DNA of 64,000 bases from Chthoniobacterales bacterium (lineage in GTDB: Bacteria > Verrucomicrobiota > Verrucomicrobiia > Chthoniobacterales > Chthoniobacteraceae): assembly GCA_038207335.1 (NCBI GenBank), contig JBBQZX010000018.1, forward strand, positions 32,001-96,000, read 5' to 3'. Below, piece after piece: positions 36,861 through 46,016 of the stretch. A program made the translations under genes and the position numbers. Numbering within the stretch: position 1 is the stretch's first letter; every line of letters begins with the position of its first letter. Under the pieces are notes generated by a model. It was not told the DNA's origin. It did no database searches and was given only the letters and a program-made list of their open reading frames with translations.

Positions 36861-37970
36861 ATGTCCGCCCCGCAAATTCTCATCGTCGCCAACGACCCCA
36901 TCCTCTCGACCATCTACGGCGAAGGGCTGGCCGCCGCTGGCTTTCACGCCGTCGTCGCTACCACAGGCGAAGAAGCGCTCCGGCTCCTGCCAAACGAACA
37001 GATCCGCGCCGTCGCCCTCGACCTGGCGCTCCCCACCATGAGCGCCGCCGAGGTCGTCGATCGCCTCCGCGCAGAAAAATCCACCCGCCTTCTCCCCATC
37101 ATCGGCCTCCCCACCGACATCGAGCCCCTAGCCCGCAACGCCACGAAAGCGGGCCTCACTCGGCGGCTCAAGCGGTTCGCAAATCCCGTCGCCACCCTCA
37201 TCCAAGCCATCCTCGGCGCGGTGACATTTGACGACGAGAGCATCGCGACCGGAACACAGCCCCCGCAGCCCGTGCGCTTGCCGCACGGCGCTCTCGAACA
37301 CCGTCTCGCGCAGCTTCGCCATTCGCTTCCGTCCGCCACCGCCGCCGCCCCCTCCCCGACTCGCTTTTCCCAGCTTCTCCAGGACATCCACCAGTTCACC
37401 GAGCTCGCCGCCCTCTCCACTCGCGCCCCACTTTTCCAAATGGCCGGTGCCACCGAGTCCCTCATCTTCGACCTCCATCGCCAGACCGCCGCCGTTACCC
37501 CCTCCTGCATCCGTACCATCGGCCAAGCCATCGACCTCCTCGCCACACTCATCGCCGCCGATGCCGCCGCCCCAGACACTCCCAGCGCCACGCAAGTCCT
37601 CGTCGTCGACGACGACGCCAACGCCCGCCAGCTCATCATGGCCGCGCTCTCCCTCGTCAACCTCACCTCCGCCCCCGCCGCCACACCCGCATCCGCCCTC
37701 GAAATACTCACGCAGACGTCATTTGAGCTCATCTTCCTCGACATCGGGATGCCGAAAATGAACGGCTTCGAACTCTGCACGAAAATTCGCGCACTACCGC
37801 TCCACGCGAAGACCCCCATCGTATTTCTCACCGGCTCTTCCTCATTTGAAAATCGTGTCCAGTCCAGCCTCCGGGGCGGCAACGACTTCGTCGGCAAACC
37901 CTTCAGCCTTGCCGAACTCGGCCTCAAAGCCCTCCTCTGGATCGGGAAAAGTCGCGTCCTCGCGGCATGA
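36861..37970 (+). CDS. response regulator with two receiver domains and a central HPt-like helical region
   Basis: Atypical N-terminal receiver (ILIVAND...LDLALP); C-terminal receiver VLVVDDD...LDIGMP...KP. Confidence 0.8.
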   Translation: MSAPQILIVANDPILSTIYGEGLAAAGFHAVVATTGEEALRLLPNEQIRAVALDLALPTMSAAEVVDRLRAEKSTRLLPIIGLPTDIEPLARNATKAGLTRRLKRFANPVATLIQAILGAVTFDDESIATGTQPPQPVRLPHGALEHRLAQLRHSLPSATAAAPSPTRFSQLLQDIHQFTELAALSTRAPLFQMAGATESLIFDLHRQTAAVTPSCIRTIGQAIDLLATLIAADAAAPDTPSATQVLVVDDDANARQLIMAALSLVNLTSAPAATPASALEILTQTSFELIFLDIGMPKMNGFELCTKIRALPLHAKTPIVFLTGSSSFENRVQSSLRGGNDFVGKPFSLAELGLKALLWIGKSRVLAA

Positions 37971-38147
37971 ATCACGCTGTCAAAGAGCTGAGCGACACTT
38001 GCTCCGCACCCCCCAAAAGCCCCCGCGCGACCCCTCCCAAACGATTCCTCTTCTGACCCCTGACACGACTGTCACCATTTCAGAGAATATTTTATCACAA
38101 ACTACTTGCGTCCCTCCCAGAATCCATTAATTAGAACCCTCATCCCC

Positions 38148-39245
38148 ATGAAATCACTCGACCTCCTCCTCCGGAAATCCGTCGCCGTCCTCGCCATCGC
38201 GATCACGGCCCCGCTCCTCCAGACCGCCTCCGCCGATACCGCAACGACCGATCCGGTCGGGTTTGTGACCATGAACATTGCCGGCACTGGCGGCGGGTCG
38301 CAGGGAAAAATCTCCTTCAAAGCGCTCGGCCTCACGCAACCCGTTGTCTATCAAGGCAGTGCCGAAACTGTGAACGTCGGTACCAAGACCCTAACCGACA
38401 ACGAGGCCACATGGACGGACAGCCAATTCAACGGAGCGGCCGGCCTCTACTATCTCGAAATCGTTCGCCCAGTAGGCCAAGCCACCGCTGCCCCCGGCGA
38501 AGGCACCACCTACGACATCGCCTCCACAAACGCTTCGGCGAAAACGATTGCGACGGTTCAGCCACTCGCATCTGCCCTCGTAAACGGCGCAAATTTCAAG
38601 ATTCGCAAACACTGGACCATCGCAACCGTTTTTGGGCCCACCAATACAGCTGGCCTAGGTGCTGGAGGCGACCCCACTACTGCTGACCAACTTCAGATCT
38701 GGTCTAATAATGGTACGACCAGCGGATTTTCCACGTATTACTACCAAAACCTCTCTACTCAACAGGGCGGAACGGGATGGAGGTCAGCGGATGACAACTT
38801 TGCAGATGCCTCTGCAACGCCCATTTATCCAGATGATTCACTTGTATTCCGCAGGCTTCAAAGCGCCGCAGCGAATGTCGTAGTAATGGGAGCTGTTAAG
38901 ACGGGCCAATCTTCTATTCCAGTTCAAGCAGGTGTCAACATTCTCGGAAATGTTTACGCCGCGCCAATGACGCTCCAGAGTTGTGGTTTGCAGGCGAGCG
39001 GCATCTCAGCAGGCGGTGACCCGACAACGGCGGATCAAGTGCAACTTTGGAATGGCACTGGCTACGATACCTACTACTATCAGAATCTGCCGACCAACCA
39101 GGGAGGAACTGGCTGGAGATCTGCCGACGACCAATTTGCAGATGCCGGAAACACTTCGATTCCCGTTGGAGCCGCAGTCGTGGTCCGGCACAATTTCGGC
39201 GCTGCATTGAATTGGGTCAGCCCGCAACATCCCAGCTCACTCTGA
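38148..39245 (+). CDS. secreted Verrucomicrobia TIGR02597-like protein with an internal duplication
   Basis: Signal peptide, TTDPVGF, HWTIATVFG; two copies of GGDPTTADQxQxW..YYYQNL.T.QGGTGWRSADD.FADA. Confidence 0.7.
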   Translation: MKSLDLLLRKSVAVLAIAITAPLLQTASADTATTDPVGFVTMNIAGTGGGSQGKISFKALGLTQPVVYQGSAETVNVGTKTLTDNEATWTDSQFNGAAGLYYLEIVRPVGQATAAPGEGTTYDIASTNASAKTIATVQPLASALVNGANFKIRKHWTIATVFGPTNTAGLGAGGDPTTADQLQIWSNNGTTSGFSTYYYQNLSTQQGGTGWRSADDNFADASATPIYPDDSLVFRRLQSAAANVVVMGAVKTGQSSIPVQAGVNILGNVYAAPMTLQSCGLQASGISAGGDPTTADQVQLWNGTGYDTYYYQNLPTNQGGTGWRSADDQFADAGNTSIPVGAAVVVRHNFGAALNWVSPQHPSSL

Positions 39246-39275
39246 CCCCCGTTGTGTGCTTTAACCCCACTGAAA

Positions 39276-39977
39276 ATGATCTATAAAACTGCACTAACCG
39301 CATTATTCGCCACCAGTATTTTCGTTGCAGCGGCGATGGAGTCGGACGCTGCAACAATTGCATGGAACGCTTCGTCCTCTAACAACGGCTTTGACACAAA
39401 GAACGGCACCGACTTGCAGGCAGGTAATTTCGTACGCATCGGCAACTTCAACATTAGCGACAGCGAGATCCAAGCACGTTTTCAAGTGGGAGACCTGCAA
39501 TATCTCGATTTACACTTCACAGAAGCTGCTACAACCACGATTGGAACAGGGGTCGGAAACAACGATGGACACTTCACGAAAAACACTCCTTCCTACAACA
39601 ATGCCATAGCGCTAGCTGGCAAGCAGGTATACATCTGGGTACTGAACTCCACAAATAACAGCAACATATCGACAAGCATAAACACGGCCTTTGAAGTCGG
39701 GATTTTTTACGAGCCGCTTGCGAGCAACTCCTCTTGGGCGTTTCCAGCTGATGCTGCGGCCGGGAGCACTGCTGTCTCAACAGGCCAACTGGCGAACGCT
39801 GCCGGAAATGCAGCGCTTCCAGAAGCTAAATTTATTGTCGGTCAGTTTGGTCCGGGAACAACAGCTCTGAGTGGAAAAACAGCTTTTACCCTCGCTGCTG
39901 TCCCTGAGCCCGGCAGCATCGGCTTGGCGCTTTTGGGCGGGGTGGCCTTGCTCGCGCGGCGGCGGCGGATGAGCTGA
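39276..39977 (+). CDS. PEP-CTERM sorting domain surface protein
   Basis: Signal peptide; C-terminal VPEPGSIGLALLGGVALLARRRR. Confidence 0.9.
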   Translation: MIYKTALTALFATSIFVAAAMESDAATIAWNASSSNNGFDTKNGTDLQAGNFVRIGNFNISDSEIQARFQVGDLQYLDLHFTEAATTTIGTGVGNNDGHFTKNTPSYNNAIALAGKQVYIWVLNSTNNSNISTSINTAFEVGIFYEPLASNSSWAFPADAAAGSTAVSTGQLANAAGNAALPEAKFIVGQFGPGTTALSGKTAFTLAAVPEPGSIGLALLGGVALLARRRRMS

Positions 39978-40003
39978 GAGTTGCTTCTCTCATTTCGATT
40001 TCG

Positions 40004-40037
40004 CGAAGGCAAGCCGATCGGCTTGCCTTCGTGCTTT
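40004..40037 (+). terminator. perfect 28-bp palindrome, probable terminator/attenuator before gspF
   Basis: CGAAGGCAAGCCGA|TCGGCTTGCCTTCG followed by TGCTTTT. Confidence 0.65.
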
Positions 40038-40059
40038 TCAGGTCTAGACTCTGAAGCTC

Positions 40060-41334
40060 ATGCCACAATTCAGGTTCGTCGCTCGCAATCCTGAAGGTCA
40101 ATTGGTGGACGGTGTCCTCACCTGCAACGACCGCGCTGCCGCCATTCATCAGGTCGAAAAGGCGCGCAACGTCCCGATCAAAATCGAGCCGATCACCAGC
40201 GCCAACAGCGCTGCGAGCCCTTCCAATGCGTCGGCATCCGCGGCTCCGGCAAAGCCCGAAGAAGCTCGCACCACCCCCGCCGCGACCGCTTCGCTCACGC
40301 TCTCCCACACACAGCTCTACCTTTTCACCGAGCAGCTCGCGCACCTTCTCTCGGCGGGCATGACGCTCGACGAAGCCCTCGGCATCCTCGTTCGTCGGCT
40401 CAAGCACCCGCGGCTCGGAGCGCTCTCCAAGGCCCTCCACCAGGGCCTAGTCGATGGCCGCAGCCTCTCGCAAGTCATGCGCGACTTCCCGCGCATCTTT
40501 ACTCCGCTCTACGTCAATATGGTCTCCGCCGGCGAAGCCAGCGGCGCGCTCTCCGACATCCTGCGGCGTCTCGTCACACATCTTTCCGAGCTGAAGGCCC
40601 TGCGCGACCGCGTGCAACAGGCCATGGTTTATCCCGCGCTCCTCGTCGTCGTCGGCCTAGGACTCATCGTCGTTTTCATCAAAGTGATGGTGCCCCAGTT
40701 AATGGGATTTTTCACCAAAACCGGGCAAACGCTCCCCCTGCCGACGCGCGTTCTACTCGAGACCAATCGCCTCCTCACGAGCTACTGGTGGGTCGCCGCG
40801 CTCGCCGTCTTCGGCATCTACACGGCCTTCAAGGCACTCACCCGCAGCAAGGAAGGCCGCCACGCATGGGACACCTTCCTCTGGAAGCTCCCACTTTTCA
40901 GCCTCATCATCCGCTACCGCTACTTCGCGCAATTCGCCCGCACGCTCGGCACCTTGATCGAAAATGGCGTGACGCTGCTCCGCGCGCTCGAGCTGCTTGA
41001 GGAAATCTCCGGCAACGAATTCGTGCGTGCAAAAATGAGCGCCGTCCGCCGCGCGGTCGTCGATGGCGCGACGCTCTCCGTCGCGCTCGGCGAACAGAAT
41101 ATTTTCCCCGAGCTTTTCGTGGACATGATGTCCGTCGGCGAGCAGTCGGGAAAATTCGGCGCGACGATGCAGATGATCGCCGACGTGTATGAGCGCGAAC
41201 TCGACAAGCAGGTGCAAATCACCTCCGCGCTCATCCCACCGCTCGTGATGCTCGCCATCGCCAGCGTCGTCGGCCTCGTCGTCTTCGGCGTCCTCAGCGC
41301 GGTCTTCAGCCTCACGCAGGGCTTGCACGCGTGA
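40060..41334 (+). CDS. gspF: type II secretion system F family protein
   Basis: FTEQLAHLLSAGMTL, AGEASGAL, AMVYP, FARTLGTL, VGEQSG. Confidence 0.92.
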   Translation: MPQFRFVARNPEGQLVDGVLTCNDRAAAIHQVEKARNVPIKIEPITSANSAASPSNASASAAPAKPEEARTTPAATASLTLSHTQLYLFTEQLAHLLSAGMTLDEALGILVRRLKHPRLGALSKALHQGLVDGRSLSQVMRDFPRIFTPLYVNMVSAGEASGALSDILRRLVTHLSELKALRDRVQQAMVYPALLVVVGLGLIVVFIKVMVPQLMGFFTKTGQTLPLPTRVLLETNRLLTSYWWVAALAVFGIYTAFKALTRSKEGRHAWDTFLWKLPLFSLIIRYRYFAQFARTLGTLIENGVTLLRALELLEEISGNEFVRAKMSAVRRAVVDGATLSVALGEQNIFPELFVDMMSVGEQSGKFGATMQMIADVYERELDKQVQITSALIPPLVMLAIASVVGLVVFGVLSAVFSLTQGLHA

Positions 41335-41375
41335 GCCACCGCGCATAAGCAAACCGCGCTTTCGAGCCCCCGCAC

Positions 41376-42401
41376 ATGCCGCGTCTTCTCCTCCTCCTCG
41401 CCGCGCTCCTCGGCATCGTCGCGACCGCATCCGCTCAGGAGTTGCGTGTGCAGCCCACGCCGTTCTCCGTCTGGCTCGACCTGCGCTCCATCGGCACCGC
41501 CAGCCTCACGAAAGCGTCGCTCCCCATCTGGATCGAATCCGTCCAGCGCGACCACACCGAGCGCACCACCGAGATCGCTGAAAAGACGACCTTCCGCATC
41601 CGCCTCCGCCGCCTCGGCAATCTCAACAACGAAATTCAGCTCCGCATTTTCTTCGATGACGAGCCCGGCGAAAGCCCCGAAATCTCCGGCTGGACCGAAA
41701 CCGGGAGCCGTCTCTACAGCTCCAGCCACCTCGGTGCCGGGTTGAGTCTCCCGACTTCCGAGAAAATCACGATCCCGGTGGCAGACCTCGATTATCTTGA
41801 GATCAACGCACCGGGCGATGGCTCCAGCGTTCGAGGCGCATTCCTCACCACACTGCGAAAATACGAAGGCCGCCACGCGCTCGACTTCGAGCCCCTGGCA
41901 TCCGTGGACGATCCCTTCAACGCCTCCATCGAAACCCAACCCAGTCACGACGACTCCTACCTCTACGGCCGCGTCAAAGCCACGCTCGACGCCGGCATCG
42001 TGAAGCTCACCCCACGCACCGCACCGCGCACTGCCGTCGAATTCGAACTCGACGCCGTCCCTCTCGTCGCTGTCGTCACCTTCGAAATTCTCGACGTCGA
42101 TCCGATCTACCCGCCCGACCTCCGCATCAACGACCATCCACTCGGTCACGTCGCGCTCCAGCTCCCCGACCTCGCCGATCCCGGCTTCCAGGGCGAAGTC
42201 CGCCCGCTAGAGCGAGACATGCGCTTTCACTACACCGGCTGGATTCGCTGCCAGCAGATCATCCCCGGCTCGAGCCTCGCCGCGGGCTTGAATAAACTCG
42301 AAATTTCGCTTAATAAAGACTCGACCCCGATCGCCATTCGATCCGTCGAAATCGAACTCAAACATCACTGGCACAACCTCGATTACGAACTCTCTCCCTG
42401 A
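41376..42401 (+). CDS. secreted hypothetical protein
   Basis: Signal peptide, beta-rich sequence, lies between gspF and gspG. Confidence 0.75.
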   Translation: MPRLLLLLAALLGIVATASAQELRVQPTPFSVWLDLRSIGTASLTKASLPIWIESVQRDHTERTTEIAEKTTFRIRLRRLGNLNNEIQLRIFFDDEPGESPEISGWTETGSRLYSSSHLGAGLSLPTSEKITIPVADLDYLEINAPGDGSSVRGAFLTTLRKYEGRHALDFEPLASVDDPFNASIETQPSHDDSYLYGRVKATLDAGIVKLTPRTAPRTAVEFELDAVPLVAVVTFEILDVDPIYPPDLRINDHPLGHVALQLPDLADPGFQGEVRPLERDMRFHYTGWIRCQQIIPGSSLAAGLNKLEISLNKDSTPIAIRSVEIELKHHWHNLDYELSP

Positions 42402-42404
42402 CCT

Positions 42405-42836
42405 ATGAAATTCTCCCGCTCCCGCTCTCTCGCAGCCTTTACGCTGCTCGAAATCATGATCGTCGTCGTGATCATCGTCCTCCTCCTTGGCTTCGCGATC
42501 TCGAAAATGGGCGGTGCGCTCGACGTGGCAAAAGAAGCGCGAGTCCGCGGTGATATCCAGTCGATCGGCACGCAATTGATGGTCTATCAGACACTGAACG
42601 GCTTCCTTCCGTCCACCGAGCAGGGCCTCAAAGCCCTCACCACGAAGCCCGAGAGCGAGCCGAAACCGAGGAGTTGGCGCAAGCTGATGGACGATGCGCC
42701 AATCGACGCCTTTGGCCACGAATACCACTACGTCCAGCCCGGCGTGCACAATCCCGACAAATACGACCTCTTCTCCGGCGGTCCTGATGGCAAGCCAAGC
42801 ACTGCCGACGACATGGGGAACTGGAAGCAGGAATAG
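42405..42836 (+). CDS. gspG: type II secretion major pseudopilin
   Basis: AFTLLEIMIVVVII, PSTEQGLKAL, DAFGHEYHY, YDLFSGGPDG. Confidence 0.92.
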   Translation: MKFSRSRSLAAFTLLEIMIVVVIIVLLLGFAISKMGGALDVAKEARVRGDIQSIGTQLMVYQTLNGFLPSTEQGLKALTTKPESEPKPRSWRKLMDDAPIDAFGHEYHYVQPGVHNPDKYDLFSGGPDGKPSTADDMGNWKQE

Positions 42837-42983
42837 CGTTCGGGGATATCGCAGTCATCGTTCGAACCGTTGCTCCGCAGGCGGCCGTCGTAGAGCGTAA
42901 TCTTTGTCGTTTCGGACGAAAAAAATCGCAGCTACAACCGGATATTGCCCGCACGCTTCGTCCGGCCAACATTCAGAGCGACG

Positions 42984-43220
42984 ATGGCCTCACTTCCGCA
43001 AACTGAAGGTCGTAAGCTGAAACTCTTCCAAGCCAGCGACCCATTTAAGCAGTGGTGGTCGCTCGGAGAGACGCGGGTTTGCGCAAAGTGCGAACGCCTA
43101 TTTACCGGTCATGACATCCGCCTTAACTTGGATGACGAGGAAGTCATTCGATTTCAATGTCCGACCGAACATTGTCCCGGGGAATGGACCGATTGGAATT
43201 ATCCCCAGCTCCATCTCTGA
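42984..43220 (+). CDS. small zinc-finger-like protein
   Basis: CAKC...CPTEHC, 78 aa. Confidence 0.65.
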   Translation: MASLPQTEGRKLKLFQASDPFKQWWSLGETRVCAKCERLFTGHDIRLNLDDEEVIRFQCPTEHCPGEWTDWNYPQLHL

Positions 43221-43287
43221 ATAGGTGCGAATTTTGTCAGGGAAAGTATTGACGCCTCACAAGCCTTCGATAGTTTTGGAATCCAGT

Positions 43288-43668
43288 ATGTCAAATCCAT
43301 CAAACTCGTTAGACCGCATCGAAGCACTCAAAGCTGAGATCGCCTCACTCGAATCCGCCGCCCTTAAAGAACTCAAAGACCGCCGCAGCGCGCTCGCCAG
43401 CGAACTCGCATCCGTCGATGCAGAACTCGCACGCATGACCGGCAAGCCGCTGGACAAAGGTCCGAAACGCACCATCGAAAAGCAGCCTAGGAAATCCATC
43501 CCGTTGCAAGAACTCAAGGAAATGCTCGCCAATGCCCCCGATAAGACGATCGGAATCCGCAAAGAGGGGCTCGATCTCTCGAATATTAAGACACTCGCGA
43601 ACGCGAACCCCGGCCTGCTGCAGATCGGCAACAAGGGTCCTTGGCCGACCGTCACCCTCCTCCGCTAA
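43288..43668 (+). CDS. small basic protein with an N-terminal coiled coil (nucleoid-associated-like)
   Basis: Heptad N-terminus, Lys-rich linker, compact C-terminal domain; followed by a terminator. Confidence 0.7.
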   Translation: MSNPSNSLDRIEALKAEIASLESAALKELKDRRSALASELASVDAELARMTGKPLDKGPKRTIEKQPRKSIPLQELKEMLANAPDKTIGIRKEGLDLSNIKTLANANPGLLQIGNKGPWPTVTLLR

Positions 43669-43690
43669 CCCTCAGCCGCAATTCGTAATT

Positions 43691-43724
43691 AAAAACCCCG
43701 CCGGTCATCCGGCGGGGTTTTTTT
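43691..43724. terminator. bidirectional intrinsic terminator
   Basis: AAAAACCCCGCCGG-tcat-CCGGCGGGGTTTTTTT. Confidence 0.9.
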
Positions 43725-43765
43725 GTTTCAAGGCAGTCGCCGTATCCCGGGTTCATGGGCAAGAC

Positions 43766-44413
43766 TCATTGGTCGCTCCCCCGCGATACCGAGCGCGACG
43801 GCACGCGGACCTCCACATCGAAATCCGGGGCCAGCTTGTTGCGCAAGCGATCGGTAAGGGTGGTCAGTGCTTCTCTCTCCAAGCCCGCGCCGTGCGCTTT
43901 CGCCTTTGCGAGGAGTGACAGCGCGCGGATGTCACTCTCGAGTTCGTCCGGCTTGATCTTGTTCCAGATGCCATTTTCGAGCGCGAGGATTTCGAGGCTT
44001 TTTTCCTCCACGCTGAGGATTTTCGGCGGCGGCACGCTCGCCGTGACGCGCGTCCCTTCCACGCGCACGGAAAAGGGCTGCGTGAGGTCGAACCCGGCTT
44101 TCACGACATAGACGCCGCGCAGTTTGATCCGCTTCGTGCTGCCGAGCCACTCGTGTTCCGTCTCGCGTTCGATTTGCGTCTCGCGGCTCACGACGGCGAG
44201 GTCGAGGACGGAGGTCGTCTGCTCGAAAAAGACGCGGTCGTGAATCGTGATCTTTGGCTGCAAATGCGCGACCTCTGCGAACGCCCGGCTTACCTCGCCC
44301 GCCGCGCGCGCAGGCCACGCCTCGACGCGCCAGAAGACCCACGCGCCCGCCGCGAGCAGCATCGCGACGAGGATCAGAAAAGTCGCGCGCCAGCTCAGCC
44401 GGGAATCGCTCAT
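43766..44413 (-). CDS. DUF4230 domain protein
   Basis: N-terminal TM helix; VKAGFDL, PPPKILSVE. Confidence 0.75.
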   Translation of the reverse strand: MSDSRLSWRATFLILVAMLLAAGAWVFWRVEAWPARAAGEVSRAFAEVAHLQPKITIHDRVFFEQTTSVLDLAVVSRETQIERETEHEWLGSTKRIKLRGVYVVKAGFDLTQPFSVRVEGTRVTASVPPPKILSVEEKSLEILALENGIWNKIKPDELESDIRALSLLAKAKAHGAGLEREALTTLTDRLRNKLAPDFDVEVRVPSRSVSRGSDQ

Positions 44414-45162
44414 GCGCCGCGCAGCGTGCGGTGAAACATCTCCACCGCGATGCCGAGGCATTGACGCGCGAGGACGGGATTGTAGCGCGGCCCCTCGTCG
44501 CGCAGAAACGCGTGCGCGGCGTTGACCTCCAGCCATTGAAAATTCGCGCCGGCGTGATGGAGCGTTTCATGGATCGCCCGTCGGCCTTCGTTCGGCACAT
44601 GCGGATCCTGCCGTCCGAAAATCATGAGCAATTCCCCGTGAATATCCCCTCGCGCCGCGCGCTCGAGTGAGTCGTCGTCTTCACCTTCGCCGAGACTGCG
44701 CTTGTGGATGTCGGTCGGGTAAAAGCACGCGGTCGCGAGCACGTCGCGATTCATCGCCGCGCGGAAGGCGAGATGCCCGCCGATGCAGATGCCCACAACG
44801 CCAAGGCGTCCCGTGCAGGCCGACTGTGCGGCGAGGAAATCGAGCGCAGAGCGCGCGTCGGCGTCATAGTTCGCGAGCGGTTTTGTGACCTTCAATTCAT
44901 TGCCGCGATCGGCTCCGGCAGAGTCGTAGGCGAGCACCGTCCCGGCCGCTTCATACTCGTGATAAATCTCGGGCACTGCGACGACGAAGCCGTTCCCCGC
45001 GAGCATCGCCGCAGTGCGGCGGATGGGGCCCGTTACTTGGAAAATCTCGGAGAACAAAATGAGACCCGGATATTTTCCCTCCGCCGATGGACGGAAAAGA
45101 TGCGTGCGCATCGGGCCAGCCGGCGTCGCGATGTCGGAGAATTCATGATCGAGAGTCGTCAT
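44410..45162 (-). CDS. dienelactone hydrolase family protein
   Basis: SEIFQVTGPI, GICIGGH, AAHAFLRDEG. Confidence 0.92.
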   Translation of the reverse strand: MTTLDHEFSDIATPAGPMRTHLFRPSAEGKYPGLILFSEIFQVTGPIRRTAAMLAGNGFVVAVPEIYHEYEAAGTVLAYDSAGADRGNELKVTKPLANYDADARSALDFLAAQSACTGRLGVVGICIGGHLAFRAAMNRDVLATACFYPTDIHKRSLGEGEDDDSLERAARGDIHGELLMIFGRQDPHVPNEGRRAIHETLHHAGANFQWLEVNAAHAFLRDEGPRYNPVLARQCLGIAVEMFHRTLRGA

Positions 45163-45167
45163 AATAT

Positions 45168-45917
45168 TTAGCCGCCGTAGGCTCGGACGCGCGACTTCCA
45201 GCCAGCCAGCCATCGCGATTCGTTTCGGTCGGGCGGCGAGTTCTTAACTCGTCGTTCGAGCACATTCGCGGCACTCGCGGCGAAGGCCTCCGGCGAGCTG
45301 CCGCGCATCCCGGCAAGGACTTGCAGCAGGCCCCAGCCCTCGCCTTTGTAACGCTCCTCCGGCTTCGTTCCTTCGCCTTTGAAATTTACGTAATCAATGA
45401 GCGCAAATGTCCCAGCGCCCGTCGCCGCGAGACTGCGGAAATTCTCGCGAATCTTGTCCCGCTGCCCGCCGGGCGCCGCCGCGACCATCTTCGGCAGCGC
45501 CTCGTCCATACGTTGCGCAAGGAAGCGGCTTTGCTGCGGGACCGTCGCCGCCAGCATGTCACGCAGCTCGTTCATCCGCACGCTGTGAAAATCTTTTTGA
45601 AACTCCGCTCGCGTGCTCCACGGGCAATCCGCGCCGTCGCGCAACCAAGCTGGCACCTTGACTCCCGCGTCGCGCAGCGCGCGCACGAGCTTCGGAAAAC
45701 TCTCCTCGAACGGCCCGCTCGCGCCGCGCGGATACCAGATGAAATGCCCGATGCCGAGCGATGCAAAATCCTCACCCACATTCCATGAAGTCAGCCCGTC
45801 GCGAGTCCCGCCACACTCGTTTTTCCAGACGCGCCGTCCGATCGATTCGAGTTCTTTTTCGGAAAGCGCAGCGCTGGCAGTGAGCACGGACGCAAGCAGG
45901 ATGAGGAAAATTTTCAT
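45168..45917 (-). CDS. secreted hypothetical protein
   Basis: MKIFLILLASVLTASAA signal peptide; WKNECGG, SLGIGHFIWYP, DYVNFKGEG. Confidence 0.75.
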   Translation of the reverse strand: MKIFLILLASVLTASAALSEKELESIGRRVWKNECGGTRDGLTSWNVGEDFASLGIGHFIWYPRGASGPFEESFPKLVRALRDAGVKVPAWLRDGADCPWSTRAEFQKDFHSVRMNELRDMLAATVPQQSRFLAQRMDEALPKMVAAAPGGQRDKIRENFRSLAATGAGTFALIDYVNFKGEGTKPEERYKGEGWGLLQVLAGMRGSSPEAFAASAANVLERRVKNSPPDRNESRWLAGWKSRVRAYGG

Positions 45918-46016
45918 GTTGGATGAGCGCGCGAAGAATACACACGCCGCGAAGTCGTGACCGAGGCAATCGTTTTTCCCCATGACTTGCGCGGTGCCTC
46001 CGGTAGCGTCGCGACC

